A stretch of DNA of 63,389 nt, counting the filler, from Vannella sp. (Eukaryota): NCBI GenBank assembly GCA_023345925.1. It is 6 parts of 6 records of this genome, joined end to end, with 100 filler letters (N's around TTAATTAATTAA, not from the genome) between each part and the next. Parts side by side here need not be neighbours in the genome. Positions count along the whole stretch, not along the records: positions 1 to 9,348 come from JAJQQN010001076.1; positions 9,449 to 18,059 come from JAJQQN010001217.1; 4 more parts are not named here. The stretch is one strand, 5' to 3'. The first letter of the stretch is position 1. Every line of letters begins with the position of its first letter. A program made the translations under genes and the position numbers. The notes beneath the pieces are model-generated. The model saw only the letters and a list, made by a program, of their open reading frames with translations. It was not told where the DNA came from and did not search any database. Positions 1 to 12,400 of the stretch are shown here, in pieces.

Positions 1-385
1 GAAGAGTGCGCTAAACCTTAATTCGTATACAAATGTATACATGGTTATGTTTGAGAGATACTGGTTGCAGTGTAGGTAAAGGTATTCTAACCTGAATGTC
101 CTGACCGAAGGCAGAGCATGAGGCAGAACGTACCGTACAGCACTTCTTTCAGTACTATTCAGTACTCCTTCTTTAAAGGTTGAGCCGATAAGAGGAAGGA
201 GCCGCTCAGACCATTCAACCAAACCGCACGGAGAGAGGTGCGATCCGCGCCCACGCAAATAATAATGAGATAATAATCTTTTGCTCCACCGAGATTAAAT
301 ACTTGTGATGAACGGGGAAAGAATTGAATGCAATGATTTATGATAGTTTGGATCATTGTCGCTTGTGTGCACTAGTCTTGTCTGC

Positions 386-2085
386 ATGGCGAATCCGCTT
401 GCAGCCTTTCAAACGCTGGAGAGCCCTGATGAAGAGGCATTGGCGCAGTTGGGCAAGGTAAGTGGGGTGATATAGAATGAGCGGCGTTCCTTATGATGGG
501 GAGCAGCTGCTCCTGGATGGGCGGTTGAGTGTCGTGTGGGGAATGATGCTCTCTTCCAGTACAAAGGATTTGGAGTCCCTGTCCTCCACTATCATCAAGT
601 TCTTTGAGCAACACAACCGCCATTTGTACCTCATCGAGCAAGCCATCACCAAAGAAGTGCAGCTCACAGGTAAGCTGTTTCCCTTCAACCGAGCGCCCTT
701 CCACCAGCTCCTCACACTTGCACTTCACTAGCCTCCTCTCAGCAGCTATTCAGGCAAAACAACTTTGCGAGTAAGCTCCTCTCCGTCTACAGCAAGCGCT
801 TCGGCTTGGCTTTTGTCAAGCTCGTGCTCCATGACTCGGTCGTGAACGTCTGTTTGAACCATCAAGACAATGCCAACTGGTCTTGTGAGGTAAGAGAGCC
901 TTCTTCTCCTTCGTACCCCGCAAGCGTCTCTGAAAGAGAGCAGATCGACCCAAAGAAGATGGAACCTGGTCAGGACCTCCAGGTTAACATGCAACGCTTA
1001 CGTACAGTGACTCTGGAAGTACTTACAAAGATCCTCAGCCATCGAGAAGCCGTCCCTGAGTAAGTTACTGACATCGACATCTCTCTCCCACAGCCAGGGT
1101 TGACACGGTGGCTTCAGAGACTTCAGAAAGCTGTGTGTTCACTTAAAGAAGGAAGCTGATAGCAAGTTTCCCGGCGAATATCCTCGGACCACCTTCGCTG
1201 CCGTGGGTGGATTCATCTTCCTCCGATTCCTGTGCCCCGCCTTGGTCGTCCCTCAGAAATACGGAATCTTAGAGAGTAAGGATCCATTCAGGCTTGTATG
1301 CGCGAGCGTGTGATTGACTTGAAGGCAGTTGCTGCTGGCCCGGCAATCACACGAGACTTGATGTTGCTGTCCAAGGTGTTGCAGACAGTAGCAAATGGTG
1401 TTTTCTTTAGTAGCAAGGAAGAGTATCTTTTGGAGTTGAACGACTTTGTGACAGAGCATCAGAACAGTGTTTTACAGTTCCTTGACCAGCTCTCAGAGGT
1501 GCGTTTTCCTCTTCTGAGTTGACTTGCATTGCTCAAGAATAGTAGAATACTGAATCATCGCTCGCACGATCAAGATCGATGGATAAGCTGACGGAGGAAC
1601 CTGTGGAATTACCAATTACAAGAGGGCGTTCGGGGACGCTTGGGGATTCTCCGAGTGTTCTAAGAAAACCGCCTCAAGTTCCACCACGCAATCCAATGCC
1701 TTCCTTGTCTCCATTCAACGCTAATGGTGGAGCAAAAAAGCCTGCCGTCTCGTTTGGGGTTGCTACCTCTGCAAGTGAGACTCCTCAAGCCGATACATAC
1801 TCCTGTGAAGGAGACACTTTCACGTATGGCGAACTCATTGGTATCATTCAGTACCTGAAAGAGTATGGCACTACGATGAAACAGCATTTGATGCGAATGG
1901 ACACAGATCTTGGGACAAACCACATGGAGGACTATGCTTCCCTTTCTGCTATTTTAGAGAAGCTTGGAGTGCGCGCAGAGTCTGCTCCCTCACGAGCAGC
2001 AAAACCAGCAGCAAAGGACAAACGAAGGTCAAAATTCGGTGTGATGGGAGGAGTTTTTGCCTCCTTGCGTTCCTCCAGAAAGTGA
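386..2085 (+). CDS. Ras GTPase-activating protein (RasGAP), multi-exon
   Basis: ATG at 386 (MANPLAAFQ). Exons joined across short GT-AG introns give the arginine finger LFRQNNFASKLL, the FIFLRFLCPALVVP signature and LLSKVLQTVANG..KEEYL..LNDF; stop at 2083-2085. Confidence 0.9.
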
Positions 2086-2150
2086 TAACTCCGCTTTATA
2101 CACGCAACTTTGGTCTATTTGGAACGTGATTTTAGAGAAGCGATGGGAAT

Positions 2151-5036
2151 CTAGAGCATTCTCAGTCCCAATGGGTCCTGAGAGGACTGAAGAATGGCAA
2201 GAGATGCAATGCGGATGCGTTCAAGTAGGAGCTGAAGCTGCTCTGGCGTGAGGTTGTTGTAGATCTTCCAAAGCTCATCACTGATCCACTCAGCCATTTG
2301 CACCACATCTTGAGAGAACCCTCCAGCAGAGAGAACTTCCTCCAACTGGAAAACAAGCTTGCCAGTGCCGTATTGGCGCATCTGAGAAGAAGTGTCTTCC
2401 TCTCCATATTCAACAGATAGCCAACCTGGCTGACAGCCAGGCTGAGAAAGGAGCGGCAAAAGAGATTCAAACTTGTGGCCAGAGCTGCCAAACGAGGAGA
2501 GCTTGTTGGGAGGGAATTGGAGGGCCATTAGAGCTATCTCCCTGAATTGGCCGCTGTATTGACTTATCTCTCGTTCGATTGAGTCTCTTGAAACGGCACT
2601 TGCAACGTCGCCAATGACCATGGACCTAATTTGTGTCTTAGAAGTTTTCCAGAGAGTGAATTGGTTCTGTGCAGCCAAGTACAGCTCCAAACAGAAGTTA
2701 TCGCGACATGCTTGGAGGTCAGCAGGGCCAGAGGCGAGAACAACGGCAATTGTGTCCTCTGGGAGAATATTGACGATTTGGTTCGCCTCAGACAGCTGAT
2801 TGTTCATCAAGTATCGACAAAGAAGCTCATTTGCCCGGAGAAGGGCCTCTCCACGCTGACGAATATCGTAGCAAAGATACTTGAGAGCCTCAATCTCGTC
2901 TGTGTTGTTGCGTGCTGCGCTTTGGAGCTCGTAAACTCGGGCACTAATTTGGTTTTGGTTCATATTAGCCTCTTGCGCGTATTCCCAATAAAGGCGCCTC
3001 TCTGATTCTGAGCGAGTGCCATGAATGCAGCTGAGGAAGTCTGCATACACTTCCACTTGCTCCTCCTTGTTGCTAAGCTGTGCAGTGTACAAAGCAATAG
3101 ACCTGGCTTTCTTTGCACTGAAAGAGTCCTCGTTAACTTCTTCTCCATATCCCTGCTCAATGCCCGCATCAAATGAGAATTGCGACCGCAAGTGGGCAAT
3201 GTGGGAACGAAGGATCGTATCTCCATCTTCAGTGAGATGGTCAAGTTTCCCATCCTCTTGTTGGAGGAAGAGCCACAGGTGCGCTGTAAATCGAACGATC
3301 TGGGGCGGAAGTGATGGATCTTCTTTAACCCACCGCGCAACCTCCTGGAAAAGAGTGGGAAAGTCTTCCTTGACTATCCAAGCTTGGATTTTGTCGTAAG
3401 GTTTGGGCCTGAAGCATTTCAGATGCTGGAAATAGTGATTTGAGGAACTTACGGTAGAACTTTGTTGTTTTGGAGGTGTGTAAAAGCATCACCAATGCTC
3501 TCACATAACGCTCCTTGTTTCAAGGGCAAGACAGGATCTTCCAGGAGTGTATCAGGGCGGATCAAACCCACCACAGAGATAGGAGGATCCTTCTCAAGCT
3601 TGTTCTATTCTCCTTTAGGGCCAGGAACACATTAAACAACACACTTACATCATCAAAGTTGTCAATAATCACTCGAAAGCAAGCCCAAAGGTAGTCCTGA
3701 TAGGAATGGCAAACCTTAAACATCTGAAGTAGATTACCACAGCAGGAGGCATAGAGAGCGCGTTCACAGTCTGAAAAGGAGGGTTCTGCAGATAGTTGCC
3801 AGCAACAGTATTTCCACAAGTTCCGATGCGGATTGCCCGTCCAGGACCTCACATTGTCTGCCGGACAGCTTTTGGGATATTCTCGGCCATTCAATGACCC
3901 AAACCTCCAGAACTGCTTACAATCCCTGCAAAGCCTCTCTGCTTCTTCCATTCGCCCGGCTCGCACGTAAGTCCAAAGGAGTTGGAGGAATCCTGACTTG
4001 GACTCGGGTTGGGTCCCTGTGCAGATGGTATCTGTGGTCTCTCTGTTGGTAGAAGCGAAGATAGTGGTGGAGCGAGATCGTTCTGTCTCTGGGTAGATCT
4101 CCTGAAGCCAATCCAACACACATTGGTGACGAGCGTGCGAGTCCAGCTTCCATTCCCCAGCGTAGCGTGACCGTTCCTCTTCCAGCTTACGCAATAGAGT
4201 CCAAGAGAGACTCTCTTGCTCCAGCAGTTCCCCTTCTGAAGTTGCCTTGCTCCTACGATCAACAGAGTCTTCGTTTGCTGCATGTTTCTGCAATCGAGAA
4301 GCTCTGTTCGCCCTGGTCAGAAGATCTTGCAGCTGGTGGAGGCCTCAAATACGTACTGCGTCTTAGTGACGTTCGCATAGTAAGCTAAGAGCTTCCCAGG
4401 AGCTAGACTACTCCTCTGAGTGCTCAGCAAGAGGAAGGCAAAGGATTCTTCCTCGCTCTCTGCTGCCTGCAAGTTGTGGTCCAGTTCCCCAAGTTCATGC
4501 ACATCATCTTGGTCCTGAGCATCCATAGGAAGATCTGTGAAGCCCTTGGGATCAGGTTCCAACCTTAAACCATCGCGTCGCCTCCTCACCGTCATCTGTA
4601 AGGTAGTACTCGTCCTCCTCTTCTATTTGGTTCGCATGGAAGATCCCTGATGACCGAAGGCGATCGTTGGCGCTAGGGCGGGTGGGTGTAAACGCTCGTG
4701 CGTCGATGGGTGACCCGTCTTCCATTTCCACAGCAGAGAAGGCCGATCGCAGAGGAGCAGGAGGCACCTGTGGTGTATAAGAGAAAACTGGTGACAAGAA
4801 GCTATCCGAATGGCCCTTCCCACACGTAAGAACGCAAGGATACGAGAACTTTGCAAAGATTACCTTCTCCCGCGCACGAGAAGGCTCCAAAAAGCCGCTA
4901 GACTCGTCAGAGAACACTCCTCTCTCATCCTCATCCTCTGATAAGTCAATAAACATCTCCTCATCCTCCCCTACCACTCATCAGAAGACTAAAAGAGGCG
5001 CCAACCGCCCCACTCACCAGAAGAGCCCGAGTTCAT
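2151..5036 (-). CDS. NUP107: Nuclear pore complex protein Nup107/Nup84, multi-exon
   Basis: LEQESLSWTLL, VLDWL, LWTYVRAGRMEEA..C..CKQFWR..SL.G, GNPHRNLWK, ERALYA...GNL, YQDYLWA, IVRFTAHL, QRGEALLRAN are Nup107 motifs; likely ATG at 5036 on a tiny first exon. Confidence 0.88.
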
Positions 5037-5126
5037 GTCTTCGACTCGGCGACCAAAAAAACAAGAAAATAAAGAAAAATGAAAAAATCATTATTTCGGG
5101 ACCGGTTGGGGTGAAGAGGAGGAAGG

Positions 5127-6506
5127 ATGAGCTTGCCAAGTCCTATGAGTAAGTGGGATGCTTGTTGGGAGGGTTGAGTGGGTGTGGAGGAGGGGTACTG
5201 ATGGGGGATGTAGCGGAGAAGTTGTTTAAAGGCATGAAGAAGCCGAAACTGTTCTCTCGTAAAGGTGCGTGGGGGCGATCTCCTTTGTTTTAAGTGCTGG
5301 GGGACTGAGGCTTGGGGTAGGTTCTTCTGCAAACCTGGATGAGTTGAAAGGCGAAGGAGTGCTCTCGTCCAATCCTGAGGAGTCCCCTGGGGGCTCGGTA
5401 ACCTGCCGACCGCGTTCGTCCTCTACGTTTACAGCCACTGAGTCTCACTCAATCACACATGGTACCACTTCTCTATACTACTCCCTCCTTAACCTCACCA
5501 CTTCGAAGGTGGAGCCCAGCGTGTTCCACGGGCTCGTTGCAAACCCCAGTTCGGGTTGGCTCCCCAGACCCTCCTGGAGCGCTTTGTTGATGAACCAGTA
5601 CCTGCTGTTGTGGTAGCATGCGTTGGGATACTTGATGACAGTAAGAAGAGGGTGAAACGTCGACTTTCATGATCAACCGACATGGCAGCTTAGATTTGAT
5701 GAAAGAAGGCCTCTTTCGTATCCCAGGGCGAGCAACAGACATCTTGGAGATGAAGATCTCCTTCGAACAGGGCAAAGGATTGGGCGTGGACGAGCCAGAT
5801 GCACACGCAGTAGCTGGATTGCTCTCTCAGTTCTTCCGGGAGCTTCCCGAGCCGCTGCTCACCTTTGAGTTGTATCAAAAGTGGATTGCTATCACAAGTA
5901 AGCCGGAGCCATCGCGTGCATGCGCCTGCTGACTTCCACAAAGAGCTCGAGACGGAGAAGATACCAAAGAAACTCGTGCGTTTGGCACGGAGACTCCCCG
6001 TGGCCAACTACAATCTACTCAAGTTCTTTGTGGATTTCTTGGCTCGCGTTTGCAAGCATTCAGGAGCGAATCGCATGGGAGCCCGCAACTTGGCCCTGAT
6101 TTTTGGAGCCTCTTTGATTAACCCGCCAGTGGGCGAGGCCTACGACTTATCAAGCATTAAGAGCCAGTGTGAGTTGATTGAGCATATGATCAATCAGTAT
6201 TCTTTCATCTTTGAGGGCAATGGAGAGGCAAAAATGATATCCCACACAAAGTCCGTGGCCACAATCCCAGCAGGCGCCCCTTCACGATCTGCTGGCTCTT
6301 CGCCTCTTGTCAATAAGGAGAAGAGACGATTTTTAGAACGCCCGCAGTTCAATAGTTCGCGTTTAGGTTTAGGGCTAAACCGATCCACTCCAGATTCCCG
6401 TCTCAAGAATCTTGTTTCCACAGGGGATGCCGAAAGCGCACGGAAAACCCGAAGGAAGAAGCGTGAAGAGCCAGAAGAGAGTCCTTCCGAATTGGAACCT
6501 CTGTAA
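5127..6506 (+). CDS. Rho GTPase-activating protein, multi-exon
   Basis: EGLFRIPG arginine finger, DAHAVAGLL..FFRELPEPLLTFELY, NRMGARNLALIFG; start inferred at ATG 5127 with two small 5' exons. Confidence 0.9.
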
Positions 6507-6770
6507 CTTATAGAATCGTACATTACATCTCATCTCACCCATCCCTTCCTCTTTGCGCATTCAACCCTGTTGGTCACTTCCGTATCCGAGACATCTTAAC
6601 CAATATCCCTGTACCAAAGTGAATGAACACACAGAAGGGACGAATGTGAGCAGAATAAGACATTTATCTTCAGAACATGAACGTCCTTACAATGGAAAGT
6701 CAGATCCTGGTGGTTTGATACTTATCTAACCTGGAAAGAGAATGGGGATGCATTCTTCAAGGGTACTTGA

Positions 6771-7560
6771 CTAGAGCCAGTAGGGCGATAGCAAACCATC
6801 TATGATATCCTGAATGTGCACTGCGTACTCTTGCGAGAGGTGCAATGGATCCACAAACTGAAAGATGCCATCCACAATATGTTGGCAAATGCCGTTGGGG
6901 CAAATCAGGCCGGGAGGGAATCGGACAATGTGGACGTTAGCATACTTGGCCTCCGCGTCTTTCAACATTTGTAGCCACAGCCTGTAGTTTTCATCGTCAA
7001 TCATTGGACACTCGCATTGAACTGGAAAGTCCATGCAACCGGCACAACTGGGAATGGGAAGGGGATGATGCTCTAGAATCACAAGTTTTGTCAAATTAGA
7101 GGCCATTTCGATCGATCTTTCCAATCCTTCCTTGACAACGCTACCTCAGCGAGGGTCACCTGGAGGTATAAACTCTTGAGTGCCTGGGATCCGATTTGGA
7201 GTACGATGGAATGCATTCCCCACGAGAAAGAAGAATCGGGGAGGAGGTCTGGCTTGCAAAGCCTCCCAATGACCTTCGTGTGCCTAAGCAATAACCATGG
7301 TTCAGCCAGAAGAAGCAATAGCCATCTCGAAGACACAGAAGCTTTTTAAAACTAGCCGCTTAAATGCATCCCTGGTAGGTAATGATATGTGGGTCGTAGA
7401 GCTCCGGAATTGAGCCAGCAAAGCAACAGTGCGCGCGAATGCCAATGATGAGGACCCCAGTGGTCACATTCCGGGTCCTTTGAGGGATTTATAACCGGAC
7501 CACACTGTGCACTGGATACCAACGAGGAGTACAATCAAGATTATCAATGAAACTAAAACA
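6771..7560 (-). pseudogene. Decayed SGNH-hydrolase domain gene (type usually fused to acyltransferase-3)
   Basis: C-terminal C-x3-C...DG...FVDPLHLSQEYA (DxxH) is intact. There is an in-frame TGA at 7146-7148 (DPR*GSVVKEGL), and the VLIIG-DS motif near 7430-7455 appears broken by a 1-nt deletion. Confidence 0.6.
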
Positions 7561-7569
7561 TTCCCATCA

Positions 7570-7800
7570 AAACTCCTTCTGTCCCAACCTCGGCGAGCCA
7601 CGAACCCTAACTCTAAACCCTACCTCGTTAACGAGCGGGTTTGGTGGCGCTCGCTTTGCGAGCACGAACGATACGGTAAACGAGCTAACCCCCTGGTTTA
7701 GGGGCCTTTTCTGGAGGTCCTTGTTGCGAAGGTGGTAGCCTAGCCTCGTGGATTTTCTCCGATTAGGAACTGCCCTGCCACGGTAGCCAAACGAGAGAAG
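7570..7800. other. Non-coding hairpin-rich element with telomere-like CCCTAA repeats (candidate non-autonomous transposon or structured RNA)
   Basis: AACCCTAACTCTAAACCCTA; stems aaaccc/gggttt, ctcgttaacgag, gctcgc-ttt-gcgagc and cccct-ggttt-agggg. Confidence 0.4.
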
Positions 7801-7887
7801 AGTAAGGTAAGTGGATCTCTATTCAGTCACCTGACCCCACCTGACTTGCTAAATGGAATGAGATAAACACAAGCGCATCGAGCTCGT

Positions 7888-9348
7888 CTAGAGGTCTTCG
7901 TCGTCGTCATCTCCAACCAACCCGCTTTGCTTATTGGCTTGAGCGCGATAAAGAATCGAGACCTGTTCCGCATCAGTGGCATCCTCTGGTTTCTTATCTT
8001 CCCGGATCTTCAAAAATCGCGGGAACCGCAGAGAAATGCCTTTGGAACTATCCACCAGGCCCAACGCCGCCTTATGATTGGGGGAAATCGATAAATCTGC
8101 AGCTTTGACTTCTACCACATGTTCTGGAGAGAACCAAACATCCGGAAAGTCGCGTTCTGGAATCCGGAAATAAGACGGAGCGTCCTTTAGCTCTTTGTTC
8201 TGGTAAAAATCAGCAAAGAACTGCAAGTCAGCATCCGAAAAGCCAGTTCCAATCTTGCAGATACTTTGGTATTCATCTCCTTCGGCATCATAGCAGGCTA
8301 ACAGGAATCCACCGTACTTGCCGGTCCGTTTCCCTCGTCCCTTATAACCTCCAATGATGACAAGGTCAAGAGAATCACCCATATCCTCCAAGTAATCCTT
8401 CTTCAACTTGAGCCAGTTATGAGAACGCTTTGAGGGCTCGTAGGATGCGTCAACTTCCAGTGTCTTCACCATGAGGCCCTCGCAAAGGTCTTCAATTGAC
8501 TTGTTGAGGAATGCCTCAATGTTTTCCGTGTTGTCCGTCTCCATGTGAGTGGCAAACGCAAACTTTCCTTCCACTTCTGTAAATGCGTTATACAGCGCAT
8601 CCCGTCGCACCGCCAAAGTCTCTTTGAGGTAAGACTGCATTGGTGAGCTTAGAAGCTGAATGAATCCGAATTGTGATCTCTTACCTTCCCATTCAAGTAA
8701 AGGATGTCAAACGCGTACAAACACACTTGCACTTTGATGTCCTCCGTCTGCACAGCCTACTGAAGGGTTAACAGCAGGCACTTGGCAATCAAGGACATCA
8801 CCTTTTTGCCCCTTGTAGAGAGTATCTGGAAGGGAAGGATCTTCTTCGTTTCAGTGTCAAAAGCGACCGCTTCGCAGTCAATAACGAAAGAGGAAGTGCA
8901 GTCTTTGATGACCTCTGGCATCAACGCAATCACATCAGGGAACTTCCCAGTGTTGTTTTCTGCGTTGCGAGAATAAATGCTGATTGTACCGTCCTCTAAA
9001 CGATGAATCTAATCCAAGATTTAGGAGATGAGAAGTGATGTTTCTCCTTTTTGAGTCTGAGGAGTACAAACCTGAGCTCGCTCTCCGTCATACTTGTATT
9101 CACAAGTGAATGTCATGTTCTCGAAGCGCTGGAGAACCTCCGAGATGCCCTTGGTAGGATGAGCAAGCATCGGTTTGAGAGGAATTCCCGCCGTCAAGGG
9201 ACACACCTCCTCCAGCTACGGATTGAACCTGTCAGAACGCACTCTCAAGAAAGAAGGACTTACATTGAGGAGGTTGCCAGCAAGCAGGTGAGGAATCATC
9301 AACTCAAAGGAAGGCAATTGGGAGAAGACTTGTTTCACAATGGCCTCC
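7888..9348 (-). CDS. LIG1: DNA ligase I, 5'-truncated by contig end, multi-exon
   Basis: [10 protein letters not shown], motif [48 protein letters not shown]. Confidence 0.96.
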
Positions 9349-9448
9349 NNNNNNNNNNNNNNNNNNNNNNNNNNNNNNNNNNNNNNNNNNNNTTAATTAA
9401 TTAANNNNNNNNNNNNNNNNNNNNNNNNNNNNNNNNNNNNNNNNNNNN
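9349..9448. other. Artificial contig linker
   Basis: 44 N + TTAATTAATTAA (stops in all six frames) + 44 N. Confidence 0.98.
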
Positions 9449-12400
9449 GATACGTCTTTAAGACTGACTTGAAGGACAACCAAATCATTCTGATTGCAGA
9501 AGGCACGTTGGAGGAGGCGAGTGGCCCATTGGTCAATCAGATTGCGGAACCGGATGGCGATGATGTATGCCTGGGACATGCATTTGAAAAGATAACTCTC
9601 TTGCGCTGATGATTCCTTCGCTGCAAACTTGAGTTGGCGGCATCTCAGTTGGTGGAGTTGCTCTTTGTTGAAATGCAATTGCTCCAACAGATCCAAGTCC
9701 TCACTTTCTTGTAGGTCAGTCCGGGATTGAAGTAGAAGCCAAGCTGACCGGGGTCTTCGTAGCTCTTGTTGCTCCTCCTTGCAATGAATGGACTGGGAAT
9801 TCACCCGGTACTGCCCAGGGCCAGGCACAAAGTTAAAAATGTACTCTTTTGCAAGCTCTATCGAAGTTTGGGCTCCAAGGAAGTGCTTGCAATGCAATTG
9901 CTCGTCAAAAAGATCCAACATGGAACTTGCAATCAGCTGAACAACTTCAAGCTCGTATGAGAGAAGAGAGAGCTTTGTGGCATGACGATAACATTCTGCT
10001 GCCATCCAACGGCATTGAGGAATTGAGGAACAAAGAAGTGCGAGCTCTCTCCATTCCCCACACCTCTTGGACACTCCCGCGCAGTCTCTTGGAGGTAGCG
10101 CATTTCCGTAAAGCTGTAAAAATTGTCTTTCTTCATCTTCAAATGCTGAAGGGATAATCCTTGGCAGTGTTGATGGTAGAGGGGCACTTTGACATGCAAT
10201 CGAGAGATCTTGAAGAAGCCTTTCAATTGAATTTTGGCCGCTTCCAAGGGCAGCTTCAAAGAGTGATTCAAGATCACTTGAGAAATCCGGCTCCCAATTG
10301 GCATTACTGGCAGATAATCGCCCGATACGAATTTCAAGAAATTCACCAAGTTTGTCCATCACCTCCCGCTTGAATGATGGTTTCTTAAGAATGTTGTCAA
10401 CACTGGATCGAAGCTCTCTTATCTCCTCTAAATCGCCTTTTTCGTCGCCGCGAATGAGTTGTTCGATGATTTTACCAAGGATTCTCTCCCTTTCGTGACT
10501 CTTTTCCCATCTGTCTCGGATTGCCCTTCTGGGAATGGCAAAAGGGATCTTTCCTTTGTGCTGGCGAATGAAAATGCGGAGAGGTGCATTCAACAGCACA
10601 ACACTGAGCAGCTCTGAGATTTTCCGAAGCTGATCCTTGGGCAAGAGTGTCCCACGCTTTTGCACAAAGAGAAAGAAGGACCATTTGGTCAATTGTGGCA
10701 ACGACTCGCTATAATCGATTAGAATGGACACCTCGCGCTCGTCCACCCAGCCAGAGGACTTCTTGATGGTTGACTGGGCTGATTGAGGAACCAACCGAAC
10801 ATGTTTGGTATCGTTGGCCACGTGATAAAGTACTTCCCACCATCCCAATTCTTCTCCTCTCTCAAAAGAGAAGTACGTTTGCATCCTGCGGATGGCCTCC
10901 AATGAATCCGGGAGCTGAGGATGTTTTGATGTTGATAGCAACAAGCCATGATCGGAGAGCTTTTTGCAGAAAGCATGCTCGCTCGTGCAAATCGGGAAAT
11001 AAGACTCTTTGTTTGGATCTCCAAAATGATGACAGAGCTTGCCAAAGGATTGATCAAGAAGGTGCAAGACACGCACAGCAATCTCGCAGGTCATGTTTCT
11101 CGCAGTGCAGGAGAGCATGTGACCCTTTTGGCCGAGATCTTGAACCAATCTTAGTTTCAACTTCTTCCACAATTGTTTGATTTCCTGCAAAGAGGAAGAG
11201 AGAGGAGGATCAACCTGTTTTACATGTGAATGAATTCCTGCAAATCTGAGATCGGTTTGTGAAAGAGGTTGGAAAGATCTCCAAGCGTGGGCAAGTTTGC
11301 AATAAGTGTGATAGCGACTTGCACCATAACTGTGGACCAGAGAGATGCCAGTAACATTCAGTACTTGGTAGAATATTTCTTCCCCTAGCATTTTCATGCT
11401 CAAAGCATATCGGAGACACTGAAGCTTAGAATCATAAACTTGCTGGCTTTCTGATCCAAAGACTGCCTCTTTGATGGCAAGGCATCTCTCGCTCAAGCTC
11501 ATCGCTTCGGAGAAGTGGCCTTGCTTTCGATGGATTTTGGCCATGTTTTGGAGAACTGAAGCAACATCTTTGCTGTCTTGTCCAAAGACTGCCTCTCTGA
11601 TGGCAAGGCATCTCTCGTTCAAGCTCATCGCTTCGGAGAAGTGGCCTTGCTCAAGATGGATGGCGGCCATGTTTTGGAGAACATCAGCAACATCTTTGCT
11701 CTCTGACCCAAAGACTGCCTCTTTGATGGCAAGGCATCTCTCGTTCAAGCCCATCGCTTCGGAGAAGTGGCCTTGATCAAGATGGATGATGGCCATGTTT
11801 TGGAGAACTGAAGCAACATCTTTGCTGTCTGGTCCAAAGACTGCCTCAAAGATGGCAAGGGATCTCTCGCTCAAGCTCATCGCTTCGGAGAAGCGGCCTT
11901 GCTGTTGATGGATGATGGCCATGTTTTTGAGAGCACCAGCAACATCTTTGCTGTCTGGTCCAAGGACTACCTCAAAGATGGCAAGGCATCTCTCGTTCAA
12001 GCTCATCGCTTCGGAGAAGTGGCCTTGCCGTAGATGGATGCTGGCCATGTTTCGGAGATCACCAGCAACCTCTTCGCTGTCTGGTCCAAAGACTGCCTCA
12101 TTAATGGCAAGGGATCTCTCGCTCAAGCTCATCGCTTCGGAGAAGTGGCCTTGCTTTCGATGGATGATGGCCATGTTATGGAGAACACTTGCAACATCTT
12201 TGTTGTCTGGTCCAAAGACTGCCTCAAAGATGGCAAGGGATCTCTCGCTCAAGCTCATCGCTTCGGAGAAGTGGCCTTGCTCTTCTTGTGCGAGAGCTTC
12301 CCGAAGGGTTTCGGTTGCCGTTTCCTCTGGGCGCAAACCTCCAACCAAAGTCAGGAAAAAAGGAGTCAAGGAGACTCGCTCTTCGTATGTGAACACAGTA

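Noticed and set aside
304..360. Box C/D snoRNA starting at GTGATGA
   Set aside because: No suitably placed box D or terminal stem; more simply the RasGAP 5' region
7146..7148. UGA recoded as Trp or Sec (most genes here end in TAA/TAG and this TGA is in frame)
   Set aside because: Long Trp-rich ORFs such as the 2965-aa HERC exon contain no in-frame TGA, TGA terminates the RasGAP and kinase genes, and this locus has a separate frameshift
11450..12285. CRISPR-like array or diversity-generating retroelement
   Set aside because: The unit is 126 bp, in frame and fully coding with no unique spacers. There is no cas or reverse transcriptase gene and no separate template repeat in the window
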